NCBI RefSeq assembly: GCF_009914755.1
Contig: NC_060926.1
Length of the DNA: 64,000 bases
Strand: one strand, 5' to 3'
DNA from: the human T2T-CHM13v2.0 reference genome, Homo sapiens
The notes under the pieces are model-generated. The model searched no databases, was not told the origin of the DNA, and saw only the letters and a list, made by a program, of their open reading frames with translations. Numbering within the stretch: position 1 is the first letter of the stretch; every line of letters begins with the position of its first letter. This document shows, piece after piece, positions 43,125 through 56,450 of this stretch. Both the position numbers and the translations under genes were made by a program.

Positions 43125-46115
43125 AGTTTTAATGATGATGGAGTATCCTCCACTGGCCCAATCCTCCTGCAGATAAGATTTATAAACTCTGAACAAAATA
43201 TTTTTAAAAAATTGAAAGCACTGGCAGAGAGAAACTGGAGTTTGACCTTTGAAAGAAGGAACTGCACCCGTGCTTCCTATGCTTACCCTGTTTTTATCTA
43301 AGGGCTCTCTCTAGTCCGCCAGGCAGAAAGCTGTGATCTTATTGCTTGAGGTGTCAGAGGACAGAGTTTGGGGCTGCCAGAGTGACTGGAAATTGAGGGG
43401 GATAAATCCTGGAAAGAGCTAAAGTTTTTAAAGCTGAATAATGATTTCAACCAATTGCCCATTGCTCAATGATTGGGAGACAGATTTTGGAGTTTAAATC
43501 CTATCAATTTTTCCAAAAGAGCTGTTTGGAAACATCTTGGGCATTTCACTAAAATCCTAGGAAGGGGTCATACCTAAGAGTAATAACTATGCCCCCAGGA
43601 TTAAAGATCCTCCCTAAGACTAACGAAAAATCTAAATAGGCCTACCCTAAAGAGTATAAAACCAAGGTTCTGCAACTTTAAGGTGACATTCCATAATTAA
43701 CTGATTGATGTTGCCAAAGGAAAACAATAGAATCCAGAATCTCTAAATCTATTATCCACAAAACACAGTATATAATAAAAACTTATAAACATGCAAAGAA
43801 ACAGAAAAAAGTGACTCATACTCGAAAGAAAAAAAAAGTTAATAGCAACAAACTCCAAGGTACTCTAGGTGTTGGAATTAGTAGACAAGAATTTTTGAGT
43901 AGCTATTATAAATATGTTCAAGGACATAAAGGAAAATATTTTAATAATGAAGGAACAGATAGAAAATCAGAGAAGAAAATAGCAACAACTTGGGGTAAAA
44001 CAAAAAACAAAAACAAATAGAGCTTCTAGAACTCAGAAATGAAAATTTCAGTGGATAAGCCTAACATTAGATTGGAGGCAACAGAAGAAAAGGTCAGTGA
44101 ACTGGCAGAGAGCTCAATATACGCTATCCAATCTTAAGAACATATAGAAAATATTTTTTAATAAAAGAGTATCAGCGACATCTGGCATAATATCACATAG
44201 TTTAACATATGTGTAATTATAATTTCAGAAGAGGAATAGAGAGAAAATGTAATTGAAAATGTCTTATATTTGATGAAAAGCACTAACTTATAAACCCAAG
44301 GATCTCAAAACACTCCGAAGAAGATGAACACACACACACACAGGGCACACACACACTCACACACACATGCACAACACAGTCAAACTGTTGAAAAATTAAG
44401 AGAAAGAGAAAAATCTTGAGCAGCCAGAGGCACATTACCTGTGTGGGGCCAATGATATAAATCATATCGGTTTTTTTATCAGAAGCAATGAGGTCAGAGA
44501 TGACAAAATTTTGTGGTAACGAAATAATAAATGCTGAAATTCTATGTCCAGTAAAATATATCATTCAAAAAATGAAGGTAATATAGACATTTTCAGTTAA
44601 GTGAAGCTGAGAGAATTCATCACCAGGATATATGAAAGAAAGTTCTTCAGGTTGAAGAGAAATGACATCAGATGGAAACTTGGGTATTGAGAATGGAAAG
44701 CAGATACCAAGATGTTAACAACCATGGATAGGTAAAATATGTCTGTAACCATAAAAGACTACTCTCTTTGTCTTTCTCTAATTTCTTTAAAAAATAATTG
44801 CCCATTGCTTATCCCTGTTGTCTATGTCATGTTATGCAAAGTGTATTCTCTAACTAAGTGGGTATTAGAAATCAACAACCATATAATATCTTAAAAATTT
44901 TCATGCAAAAATTAAGTAACACACTTTTAGGTTTATCAATATAGACTTAAAAATAAAAGCCTAAAACTATAAAACTTGTGGAAGAAAGCATAAACGATCT
45001 CTGCTACCTTGGGTTAGGCAAAGATTTCTTAGGATACAAAAAACACTACTCATACATTAATTATACATTTATTTTAGTAATAAATTTATTTTCATGAAAT
45101 TCTTCTCTTTGAAAGAAAGAAAATGAAAAAGAGATAAGCCAAAGACTAGGAGAAAATATTCACAATATATTTATTTGGCAAAGGACTTATATCAAGTATA
45201 CATGAAGAATTTCTATAAATCCATAATAAAAAATACATGGCCAAATATAAAAATAGGCCTGGAACAGCCTAGAGATAGGTCTAAGAAAAGGCCTAAAACA
45301 GACACTTTGCAAATGGTCAATAAGCACTTGCAAAGGTAGTCAACATAATGAGTAATTGGGGAAATGCAAATTAAAACCAGAACTAAATGCCGTTTCCCAT
45401 GTACTAGAACAGCTCAAATTATAGAGATTAAAGACACAAAATGTTGGTGAGGACATGAAGCAATTCTCATACTTTGTTAGTGGGAACATACGCCACTTTG
45501 GAAAATTATTTAGTAGTTACTTATACATTAAACATCCACTTATGTATGGTTTAGCAATACTTCTACTTTCCAAAGAGAAGTAAAAACACTTGTCCACAAA
45601 ATGACCTGTACTTGTTCTTACCAGCTTTATTCATGATACAGTAGTCCCTGCTTTTCCACAGTTTTGTTTTCCATGGTTTTTGCTACCTGTGGTTAATCAT
45701 GGTCCAAAATTATTAAATGGAAAATTCCAGAAGTAAACAATTCATAAGTTTTAAATAGTGCCTTCTTCTCAGTATCATGATGAAATCTCGTGATGTCCTG
45801 TTTTATTCCACCAGGGACAGTGATACTCCCTCTGTCCAGTGTCTCCACGCCATATACACTTCCCACCCATTTGTCACTTAGTAGCCCTCTCAGTTATCAA
45901 ATCCACGGATAGTGTCAATACTATCCACAGTCAGTGTATATAGGGGTCAGTACTGTCCACAGTTTTAGGCATCTACTGGGGAGTCTTGGAACCTATCCTG
46001 TGGATAGGAGGGGGACTACTGTACTACAAAATTGGAAATAGCCCAAATGGCCATCAGCAGGTGAATGACTAAACAAACTGTGCTATAATCATACAATGAA
46101 TTACTTCTCAGCCAA
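43125..46115 (+). mobile_element. Old L1M (5' region, ORF1 and ORF2 remnants) interrupted by a Tigger-derived element
   Basis: ORF1-like GAAATGAAAATTTCAGTGGATAAGC...CAGAAGAAAAGGTCAGTGAACT and ORF2-like CCTTGGGTTAGGCAAAGATTTCTTAG. Confidence 0.8.
45639..46021 (+). mobile_element. MER44-like (TcMar-Tigger) non-autonomous DNA transposon
   Basis: Terminal inverted repeats CAGTAGTCCC...GGGACTACTG with a TA TSD on both sides. Confidence 0.88.
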
Positions 46116-46472
46116 TCTGGGGACACATACAAGTCACCTCGGACCTTAATGCTGTGCCTGTGGTGAGAACAGGTCATGAGCAACCCCAGCCATAGACACC
46201 TAGGCAGGGACCCCATGAGGGTGGCACCTGAAGACCAGGAGGGAGAAGCTCTGCTTCCTTGGGAGGCCAGCCCCTTCTCCCCAGATGCCACAGGGCACAC
46301 ACACCCACTTCTCCTGGCACCTGGGCTGCATTTTGGGAAAGGAGGGGAGTGGGGAATCCTTGAGTGGCATCAGAAACTTAGAACCTTAATGAACGTAAGT
46401 TTTAATACAGTAGAGATTACTAATCTTTAGTTAGTAAAATGAAATATTTTGTTGCCACCAATAGAAAGGGGC

Positions 46473-46831
46473 TGATATGGTTTGGTTCTGTGTCCCCACC
46501 CAAATCTCACCTTGAATTGTGATAATCCCCATGTGTCATAGGAGGGACCCAGTGGGAGGTAACTGAATCTTGGGGGCAGGTTTTCACCATGGCATTCTTG
46601 TAGTAGTGAATAAGTCTCATGAGATCTGATGGTTTTATGAAGGGGAGTTCCCCTGTACATGCCTCTTGCCTGCTGCCATGTAAGAAGTCCCTTTGCTCTT
46701 CCTTCGTCTTCTGCCATGATTGTGAGGCCTCCCCAGCCATGTGGAACTCTGAGTCCAATAAACCCCTATCCTTTATAAATTACCCATTCTCAGGTATGTC
46801 TTTATTAGCAGTGTGAAAACAGACTAATACA
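46473..46831 (+). mobile_element. THE1B-like solo LTR
   Basis: TGATATGGTTTGG...AATAAACCCC...GACTAATACA; TSD GGGGC/GGGAC. Confidence 0.93.
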
Positions 46832-47041
46832 GGGACCTTAAGTGTAAGACAAGTTTAGACATATACATAAAAAAATTAAAGTTAAATATTTTTGCACTTC
46901 TGACATGCAGCTGAGCTACGCTTGTGTTTCTAGAGGATCTAAATGTCAGCGATGGGCTCTGAGAGGAGGTGAAAGGAGGTAAGAGGAGAGACCTGAGTGT
47001 CCAGAGACCGCAAGCACTCCACGTCTAGATTTTCAGGTTCC

Positions 47042-47100
47042 TATTATTATTATTATAATACTTTTAAGTTCTAGGGTACATGTGCACAATTGCACATGTA
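47042..47100 (-). mobile_element. Very short young L1PA 3' tip
   Basis: TTATTATTAT...TTTAAGTTCTAGGGTACATGTGCACAA. Confidence 0.8.
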
Positions 47101-47556
47101 ATAAAAATGCTACAGCAGCTCTCATTGAGCTGTCTTAGCTTAAGGTAAGCAATGCTCCCTTTGTAATTCAAGTTAATCAGTGCAATTTTGCCTCCAGAGA
47201 AAGGCTGTTTTCCACACTGACTTAGTATGGGCTCTGAGAAACAATATGTCTGCATTTTCTCAAATATTACAATTTATGGTTAAAATAAAATCTTGTTATT
47301 CTCACGAAATCCTGAAGGTCTTTAAGTGTTTTCCTTCCATGTCAGAGTCCAAAATCCTGGAAAGGCCCTGGTCTCTTCTCCAGGAAGGAATGGCAGGAGG
47401 AACCTCCCCTTCACCCTCCCCTCACCCTACCCACCCCGCCCCCTTACCATCAAGAATAACCAGTGGATGAGAGGGGCATGCCAGTGACCTTAGATTCAAG
47501 ATAAAAGCACGTGACATTCTTTCAAAGCCAGATAATTCTATAGACAAGTTGGAGCT

Positions 47557-47670
47557 TGGGTGAGCAACCATCCTAGTTTCCCCAGGGCTATTTGGGTGTT
47601 AACACTGAAAGTCCCACATCTCCGGAAATGTCTCAGACCCAGCAAGCAAACCAGGAATGGTTCTCCTGCC
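47557..47670. mobile_element. MER81-like hAT miniature element
   Basis: GGGTGAGCAACCATCCTAGTTT...ACACTGAAAGTCCCACATC. Confidence 0.55.
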
Positions 47671-49249
47671 AGTAGGTCAGGACTTGTGGGTCAGAGGTCC
47701 TCCCTGCCCCCAGGGCAGCTGCCTCCTCTCCTGACCGTTGGAAAGGGCTCTGATGCACTGATCTACACCCTGGTTCTCCGGGCTGTGTGTTATCTCTGAC
47801 GGCAGCCCCTGTGCCGCCAGCCTACCACCCCCACACCGTGTTAAATTTCAACCACAATCTGCTGCCTTGGCTCTTCTTGGTATCTCTAGCCCAACGACAG
47901 CAGGCTACTTCCCAAGAACACCGAGAGTTTAGAAAGTTTTTTGTTTTTTTGTTTTAACATCTTTGAGTGATCTGTAAATTTACTAACCTATCAATTCTGA
48001 TGATGGAGTCTCTTTTCTTTGTTGTTGCTGTTGTCTAAATTAGAGCTATATAATTCCAAAATGCTTGAACATGATATGGCACCAACATTCACTTCACTAC
48101 CCCAAGCTTTTACCCTCAAGTAAAAGATGAATTCAGGAACATGAGTTTTTTTGTTTAGTTTCTGGTCAGTGGGCATCCTGGTGGGGTAAAACATAGTAAC
48201 AAGAAAAGGAAGAACATGTAGATGGTCATTGCTTTTCAGGTGCATTGCAGAGGCTTCTCTCTGAAGGGTGACTACAGTTCTATACGGCCATGTCAGTCCA
48301 CCGGCATTCATTCATTCATTTATTCATTCATTCATTCAACACATATACATTGCTTGGCAAAGTGCTTCTGAGATGCAACCAAAATAAAAACCCTGCCAGG
48401 ATTCATTATGGCTGTGGTCTCCCTGTACTAAACCTCACATCCATTTTTGTATTTGATGTGTCCTGCAAACTGCTGTGTAAATGGGAGTTTTATGAGCAAA
48501 TAGAAGGACCTGGCAATAATGCTGCCGTCTTAAGGAATAGAAGAGCCTGTTGTTGCACAATAGAGAGCCAGGAACAGAAATCGGTGAAATCGGCTCCAAC
48601 ACTGCCCCTCCCCCAATACACCCCAGGCACACTTCTGCTTGACAGATGCCAAGGCCTTGATGCCAGGACTGGGTTTCCAAGGCACCAACCCATTTGTAAG
48701 GTGGCACTACAAGGATTCCTCAAGTTCTGAATTAATTCCACATAGCAGACAATCCTGCATCACAGATTTGGAGTGCAAGCAACAGAATTTGCATCTGTGA
48801 ACTCCAGCAGAGGGCCTAGGTGCTAACAGTTCTGGCAGTTCTCTGAGCCATGCAAAAGACTGGGTCATCGAGTTTGGGAATGAGATTGCTAGGGGCCTGA
48901 GAATAGGAATGGCAAAATGTGGTCAGAGTTCATTGCTGAGGTGAACAAGTAAGCTCCCAAGTCTCAGAGAGCAGCATCCCAGCCACAGACCGTGCTGGCA
49001 TGTACCAAGAAAGGAGAAGAAGCACTGGTCCTCTTGCTCCTGCGTAGGCTGGCATGTGGATCCACCCCTTCTCAAGGTATCACACAAGTGCAGGGGCCAG
49101 AGGAAACCAGGGGCTGCAGAGGTAAGGGTCAATGTGGGGTGGCCCCAAAAACAGCTCTCCTGACAAAGTTTTGTGGCTTTTTTTGTTGCTAGGCTGCTTC
49201 AAGTATCACTCAGGGATGTAGAAGACTGTCTCATAGGTCTTAACTATAA

Positions 49250-49700
49250 CTATCTGAGTCTGAATAATGGCTCCCAAAGACATCCACAAATCCCTGGAAC
49301 CTGAGAATGTTACCTTACACGGCAAAAGGGACTTTGCAGATGTGATTAAGTTGAAGATCTTGAGATAGAGAGGTAGTCCTGGATTATCTGAGTGGGCCCT
49401 TAACGTAACCACTGGGGTCCTTATATGAAGGAGGCAAGAAGGTTAAAGAAGGGATAGCCATGTGACGATGGGGCAGACACTGGAGTGATGGACTTTAAGT
49501 GGAGGAAGGGTCCACAAGCCAAGGAACGTTGGCCATGTCTAAAAGCCGGAACAGACAAGGAAGCTGATCTCCCCAAAGCCCTGCCGAAACCTTGACTTTA
49601 GCCCATTGAAACAGATTTCAGGCTTCTGGCCTTTGGGAACTGTGAGAGAATACATTTGTGTTTTGTGTTAAGCTACCAAGGATGTTAGAGCAGCCATGGG
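49250..49700 (+). mobile_element. MLT1D-like LTR
   Basis: GAATAATGGCTCCCAAAGA...GGCAAAAGGGACTTTGCAGATGTGATTAAG...CTGGATTATCTGAGTGGGCCC. Confidence 0.88.
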
Positions 49701-51495
49701 AAAGGGGTGCTGTTTGCATGAGAAAAGCAGGAAGACAGAGAGAGGAACTGTGTCAGCCTCCTGGTCTGTGGGGAGCCACATCCCAGGAACCCCAACCTCT
49801 GCCTTTTGCTGGGAAACATTCTCCCAGTCTCCCAGTCTGAAACACCTCCCTCAAATCCCAAAAAGACAATGGTGGGAATCCTCCAAGGTCCAGCAGAGCC
49901 TTGGGACAAGATGCAATCTTTCGCTAGCCCCAAGTGGGTGGGTTCACCCACCCTCAGCTCCAGCAGGTAGGCCCTTCTGAATCTCAGGCTGGCTGAATAG
50001 GTTCCAGACGCAGGAGGGAGCCCCCCCACCCCCTCTGGCAGCTGGAGTGTGTGCTGGAGATCTGGGCATGGGCTTGCCCAGGCAAAGAGTGGAGAAGCTT
50101 TTATAGGAAAGCTGTAAAAGCAAGCAGGGTTGACCTGGGCACTCCCCCAGTTCCCATGAGTCTGGGGCCCACGACTGGCTCATCGATTGCTTGAACAAGC
50201 ACACATCAGAGACATCCAGATCAGAATGGAAGCTGCTCAAGGCTCAGATGATCCCTGAGCCACCAACGTTATCCTGGAGGTTCTTATCACAGAGTATGGG
50301 AAATGCCATACTGGGCTGTGGGTTTGCAGAAATCCTCCAAAAGATGCAGAAACAAGTCCAGCTGAAAATGGAATGCTTCCTGATGGCTCATTTTGTTCCA
50401 GCCTCAACCCAAAGGTATCTATCACAATATTTCTTGTACAATGGGTTGTGCAGCGGGGGGAAGGGAGATGCTTTACAGGCATAGTGTGGGGTGAGGTACA
50501 TTTCGTAACAGCTCTTGTTTACTGAGATGGCTTTCTACTGACAAAGAAAAAAGTCCCGAAAAGAAGGGGGCCTGTTAATTGTTTGCTTCCTTTTGCTTTT
50601 TTGGTTACAACAGTAAAAACTGTCCTTCAAATTTAGTCCCAGAAGACATCAGAGTTTGACAATGACAAGTGGGGAATAGAAGTTCCTGGGCTATCAGCTT
50701 CGCGGCTCCCTCCTCTACATGTGGGCTCGGGGACACAGAGCTGGTCCCTGCCCAGTCTCGGAGGCCAGAGAATCAAGTTCTGGGTGTGTGAGACTGATGG
50801 GACAGGCTTCCTCTGACCGAGTTGGGCAACTTGGGGCTTTTAACTGCCTTGGGAATGAGGGTGGGTGCCTTAAATGAGGAACTAAGACAGGCCCTCATTT
50901 CCCAGCAGGGATGCCGCTCAGCCTGCAGAGTTCCCCGTTCCCAAGGCTTGTGAAGCAGGAGACAAAAGAGGGGCCTTCCTCAGGACACTGTTGTGGGGTG
51001 GGGTGCTCACTCGCTCTCCTGTGCCCATGTACTCCTCTCCCCCTCTACTTCCCTCTCTTTGGGAATCCCTATGGGGCAAGTACAGGGAGATGGGAAGAAG
51101 TGGGTGGGATGGATCTGGGCTAATGACGAGGGCAGCCTCTTCCCCCCTCGGGTCTCCCTCCACCCTCTTCAGTCCCTAGTACCTGCTGGGACCTGCCTCC
51201 TTAATAGGTAACCCCTACAGCTCTCCTCGGCCAGTCTCTGCACACTGCGCCCATGGGTTCCCGATGCCACTGCCCTCAGAACATGCAGTCAGAGGCTCTG
51301 GGGAGCTAGAGGTTCAGGTGGGTGTAGAGAACACCACACATATCCTCCCAGGGCAGCCAGGACATCCCACGGGGAGGCAAAGAGGGTCCTGTCCTGGGCT
51401 TCCTCCACACTCAGACCACTTCCTCACCTGCCCACCAAGCAGCAGTGTGCATGGTTAATGGAAATTGGCATCTCTTCTATCCATGTGAGGAACCA

Positions 51496-51624
51496 CCAAG
51501 ACCTACTAGCTAGGTTTACGATCCAGGTTCTAGATACCAGGGGTTAGGAGGGAAGGACCCCCAAGACCTACTAGCTAGGTCTACAATCCAGGTTGTAGAT
51601 ACTATGAGTTAGGAGGGAAGGCCC
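51496..51624. repeat. Tandem duplication, 2 x 65 bp
   Basis: CCAAGACCTACTAGCTAGGT...GTTAGGAGGGAAGG starting at 51496 and 51561. Confidence 0.93.
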
Positions 51625-52420
51625 AGGAGTGCCATTCCCCAGGTTCAAATTCCAGCTCCAAGACTCACCCTGTGTGTGCCCTGGCATAACTCAAGGTGCC
51701 CTCAGCTTCCCCATCCTTAAATGGCAAGGTTTCGTACTTGCCTTTAGAGCTGCTTGTGGGGATTAAATGATACCTAGTTGCCAAGGGCTTTGCACCGGCC
51801 CTAGTATGCGGTAGTGCCAGTTACAGAGGAGGAAACAGAGGCTCAGGGAGATTGAGCACCTCGACTAAAGAGAGGAGTGGAATTTCAGTCCAGGAGGTCA
51901 GGCTGTCTTTCCGAGAGCCGACACCCACCAGCCTTTGGTGGGCTTGAGAACACGTGGGGCCTGCCATCCACGCTGCTGGCATGCATCAGGTGGTGTCAGG
52001 TGGGTCCTCGCACAGTGAATCCTGAGCAGAGGGCAGGGGGACGAGGGGGCGGCTGGAGCCCAGTTCGCTTTTGCGAAGCACTTCCTGAACTGCACATTCG
52101 GTTACCACAAAATGAGTCAAGGTCCCTTTTAAGTGGCTTGCTGAGCTTCCCTCTGATCTGGCACTGTCTCCCTGGGATGGCCGGCAGCAGGCTTCCCTGA
52201 CGAGCTGTCAGGCCTGGCACCGGAGCCCCTTCCCTGGGCACCAGCTCTGCACGAGCACCCCTTCACTCTTCCTCATGACAATTCCATGAGGCAGGGGCTG
52301 GTCTTGTTTCCACTTTAAGTGGGGAAACTGAGGCTCAGAGAGGTTGGGTGAGTTGCCTTGGGTCACACAGCTTAGTCAGGTTCAGAGCTGCAACCTGAAC
52401 TCTGGCCTGTCTGGTTCTTA
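51625..52420. mobile_element. Cluster of MIR fragments in both orientations
   Basis: GGTTCAAATTCCAGCTCC; ACAGAGGAGGAAACAGAGGCTCAG; GGGGAAACTGAGGCTCAGAGAGGTT. Confidence 0.7.
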
Positions 52421-53154
52421 GCTGTTTTGCTTGCTCTTCTGCCTGGCTCATGGCAGTGAGGAGACCCACGCTCACCTTCGCTGCCTGGGTCAAGTAGCTG
52501 CCTGGGACCTCTCTATGGACCCATTTGCAAATCAAGGATGGGGAAGTGAGGTTGTGGGGATGAACCATTAGAAGCAACTTCTCATGTCCCAGAAGGAAAC
52601 AGGGGACTGTGCTTTCCAGGATGAAAATACAAGGGCCCCCTGATGGACTAGTGTCCTCCCTATGGATTGAGTCCCTCTAAGAAATGGGTTGCTCTCCCCA
52701 CAAACAGGCTTAGCTTAAAGACCTTGTGTTTCCTGGGCAAGAGAGGCACCCACAAAAGGCCTTCACTAAAACCTGGCTTCAGGCCCAGGGCCCTGGTCCG
52801 GATGCAGAGGAGGCCTCAGCTGGGAAGGGTCCGTCCTCCTGGGGCTTGGGGGGTGGGGGTCATGCTCTCCTGGAAATGGGCTGCCCCAAGACCCACATGA
52901 GTCTTACCCCAGTGTCTCCTTTAGAGTCCTGGAGCAAGAAGGAGGGATTCCCAGTGATATCTGGTGAGTAAGAGAGAAAAGGAAGCGGGTACATCCAGAA
53001 ACACAAGCACAGTCTGTGAACACCGTCAGACAAGAGGGCCTGAATGGCGCCTGTGGTGATTGGGTCTTTTTGTTTGCTTTTGTTTTTGTCATTGTTGTTT
53101 TGAGTCAGTTTAGGAGTTTTTTTTTAGTAATGACTACTGGGAAACTCAGAGGGA

Positions 53155-53155
53155 A

Positions 53156-53192
<37 letters not shown>
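53155..53192. repeat. (CA)n microsatellite
   Basis: Direct reading. Confidence 0.9.
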
Positions 53193-54827
53193 TGAAAGAA
53201 CAACAATGCGGGGTGATGACCACGGCTCAACCAAACGACATTTTCATCATCCTGACACATCTTGTTGAAACGGAAACAGATCTGGGCCTAAGGTCCTCAC
53301 ATCATTTTTCCTGATTCTCTTTGTCTGTTTTTAAAAGTAACGTTCAATTAGAGAAATAACGCATAGCCCTCCTTGTAAAATACTACAACGTGATAAATAA
53401 GGCTCAAGAACTCCTTGGCTGCTGTCTGGACCGAGGGTCCCTCCCCAAGCCAGCCACTGTGCTCTATTTTCTGTGGGTCTTTGCAGTCTGGGTCGAACTT
53501 TTTAAGCATTTCATTGCTACTACTTAGCTTTTGAGAGTGGGTTCAGCGCTCGTGACTGAAGCATATGCTTAGAGAACAGTGTCCCTGAAGTCAAATCTCA
53601 AACTTTGCCTCAATGCCTCTTGCCTCAGAAGGGCCCAGAAAGGTCTGAATTGCCCTGAGAGTTTTCCTCCAGACAATAGCTCAGCCTTCTGTGCCCAGCC
53701 ATGTTTGCAAAACTTTCTCACACACCCCTCAGCTAGTCCTTCACAGTCTAAGCCTAGGCTGCTGGGATACACATTTCTATTTTGCAGATAATGAACAGAA
53801 GTCTCCACAGAGTTAAGAGTCTTATACAAAACTACCTACCCTGGCTGGTTTTTCCACTATAGCAGGGACTCCTTTCCTCCAAGTCCCGCCTCCACACCGA
53901 GGTCTCAGGTGGCGAGGGCCTTCCAGGCATGAATGTCCCACACCCGTGCTCCTGTCAGAGTCCTCACACTCCCTGACCAAGCTGCCTAAGTTCCAGGAAG
54001 CTCTAGGCCTGTGTTCTCCCAGGGAGGGGGGCTTCCCATCTAGTCCCTCAAACCAGGAGCCCGGGGGTATTTGTGAGGTTCTGGGAGACTCTAGGAGACC
54101 ATAAATACCAGACCTTTAAGCAAGCATGGTCAGCAGCTGGTGATAAAATTGAAGGAAAGAGACACAGCAGCCTGCATTTCAACCCTGCCCTCTCCACACC
54201 CTCCAAACTGAGTACCTGGGGTTGCAGGGAGGCAGGGCCACCAAAGTCCCCAGTGGGACCGCAGTGTGGCTCTGAGGACGGAGCTGGATATTGTAAGGTT
54301 GGCAGCAACTCAGGCCAGTACTCTCAAGTGGGAACAGTTGGGAAAACAGGTAGAAAGAAAAGACAGCATGAGAATCTCTAGGACGGGAGCCAGCGCAGTC
54401 TTCCCAAAGAATATCGTGCAGACATGCTCTGCACACAAACCTTCCCTTCCTAGAGATCCAGAATATCTAGGAAGATTCATGTTCATCAGCATTATGAAAG
54501 CCCTGAGAAGTCCTGCAGTCATGGAATAATATAATAATAACGATAATAATAGCCCAAGGTTTTCTAAACTTACTAGTCCAGAGAACTCTTTTCTAGCGAA
54601 ATGCCTATTGCTGTCTCCCCATGGAGCACATGTTGTGACTGCTGGCCTGGCCCATCTGGGGTAAGGAGCGATGTTGGTCACAGTGCTTCTTAAGCAGCTG
54701 TGAACTTCCACAGCCTCACTGCAATGGCCCTGGCCCCCAATCTTACTTCTGATAGGTTAGACAGATGCAATGTCTAAAACCCTCAATTACTGATAACACT
54801 TTTAGTGATGACTTAGATCTCAAACTA

Positions 54828-55048
54828 TGGGGTCTCAAACTATGGCCCGTAGGCCAAATCTGGCCCTCTGCCTGTTTTTAAAAATAAAGTTGTATTAAAA
54901 CACACCTTGGGCCATTCCTCTATGTATTACCGGTGGCTGCTTCATGCTACAATGGCAGAGTTGAGCCGTTGTGATAGAGACCATGCAGCCCAGCAAAGCC
55001 TAAAATGTTTACTCTCTGGCCTTTAGAAAAAATGTTTGCTGAACCCTG
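54828..55048 (+). mobile_element. MER58A (hAT-Charlie)
   Basis: GGGGTC..AAACTATGGCCCG..GGCCAAATCTGGCC...TTTGCTGAACCCTG. Confidence 0.88.
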
Positions 55049-55208
55049 GCTTAAACAGAAAATCAAAACTCACCTGAAGGACTGGTTCTGTAAAGTCTCA
55101 ATAGCATGGGAAATTTAGATTTAAAATCTCTGCAATTTGGACCAATCCACGTTCTGCCGTGGTTGTGTTGTTGATGTAACGGGCCCAGACTACAGCTCAA
55201 GTGTAGAC

Positions 55209-55212
<4 letters not shown>

Positions 55213-55250
<38 letters not shown>
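55213..55250. repeat. (TG)~19 microsatellite
   Basis: Direct reading. Confidence 0.95.
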
Positions 55251-55251
<1 letters not shown>

Positions 55252-55639
55252 CATGGAGAGACTGGGAATAGGAACAGGATGGGGAGGAAAGAGAAATGCT
55301 TTATGGCTTAGGAATATTGAATTCGGAGCCAGAGCAGGGGAAGTTGTGCCACCCTATAAGCCTCAGCTTTGGTTGTATGAGAAACCTGGAGATAATGTAG
55401 CTGATGGCACAGGGTTGTTGTGGGCAGAAAATGAGCTCCTGTGAGCAGAGCACCTCTGCTGTCTCTAGGAGACTCAGCAAGTCCTGGGGACTCCTCCGCA
55501 TTTCTTCTTCAGTGCCCAGGGTGCATTAAGTGCTCAACAAACGGGCTCCTATTCGGGAATTACTCAAGCGACACACAATCTTATTTGGGGAACAGACAAT
55601 ATCTGGGCAAGATAAAACTTCCCTCTTTCCTTTCAAGGT

Positions 55640-56450
55640 TGGACATTACGTGCTAATTTGGGTCATCTCCTGAGTGTGACCTTCAGCCAGCCATTGGTCA
55701 CCTTACGTGCAAGTAGGGCATGAGTGGCATTCCATGTATAAACCACGTGACAGCTCGGAAAGCAGACGGTCCTGTAAGTGTAACCCACAGACTGAAAATG
55801 ACCCATGGCAAAGGGCAATGCGTGCATGATTTTTATGCTGGAATTCATGATGGAACATTCTGGATTCCTCCCAGCAAACCTGAGCTGGCCTGCTCTGTTG
55901 GGCAGCGAGGTCTGCTCAGAGAGACGCTGGTGTTTATCTGCCACATCCTTTAGTTTTTATTGCACTCAGTCGCCTTGTATATTTAATGAGGAAATTTGCT
56001 GAAATGGTTACTAAGCCACAGGGGGAAAAAAAGGAAGGAGGTGGGGAGCCACTCTCCGACCCTGAAGTTGGCAAAGTTGCCTCATTAATCAGACCTGTGC
56101 TGGGATACGACGTTATTCATGTTTAGGGCATTAAAACTTGAAGCTAAAATTGTAGCAGGCGGTAATTTGAGTACAGGCAGCCTGTCTCTCTGCGATAGAT
56201 TTATGATGTTTACTCAACAATGGATGGGAACTTTCAGGGAAAGACTGACCGCCCCCAACCCCCGCCTTTTCAAAACACATTGTCAGGCCACAGTGATCAA
56301 GTTCCCGATTTTTGTGTGAGTATGCAGAGCCTTTTTAAAAGTCTTCAGGGTGATAAGAGCAGACTGTATTCGATCTTCTCCATTCTGAGCTCAGCGGAAG
56401 TAGGAAAATATGCAAGGCAGATGGAATGAGCTGTCTACCAGGCGAATGGT
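55640..56450. promoter_or_regulatory. Candidate intronic enhancer (unique sequence, retained CpGs, RCGTG and TEAD-like motifs)
   Basis: TACGTG at 55647 and 55704, CACGTG at 55744, GCGTG at 55820, CATTCCA at about 55728. Confidence 0.35.
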
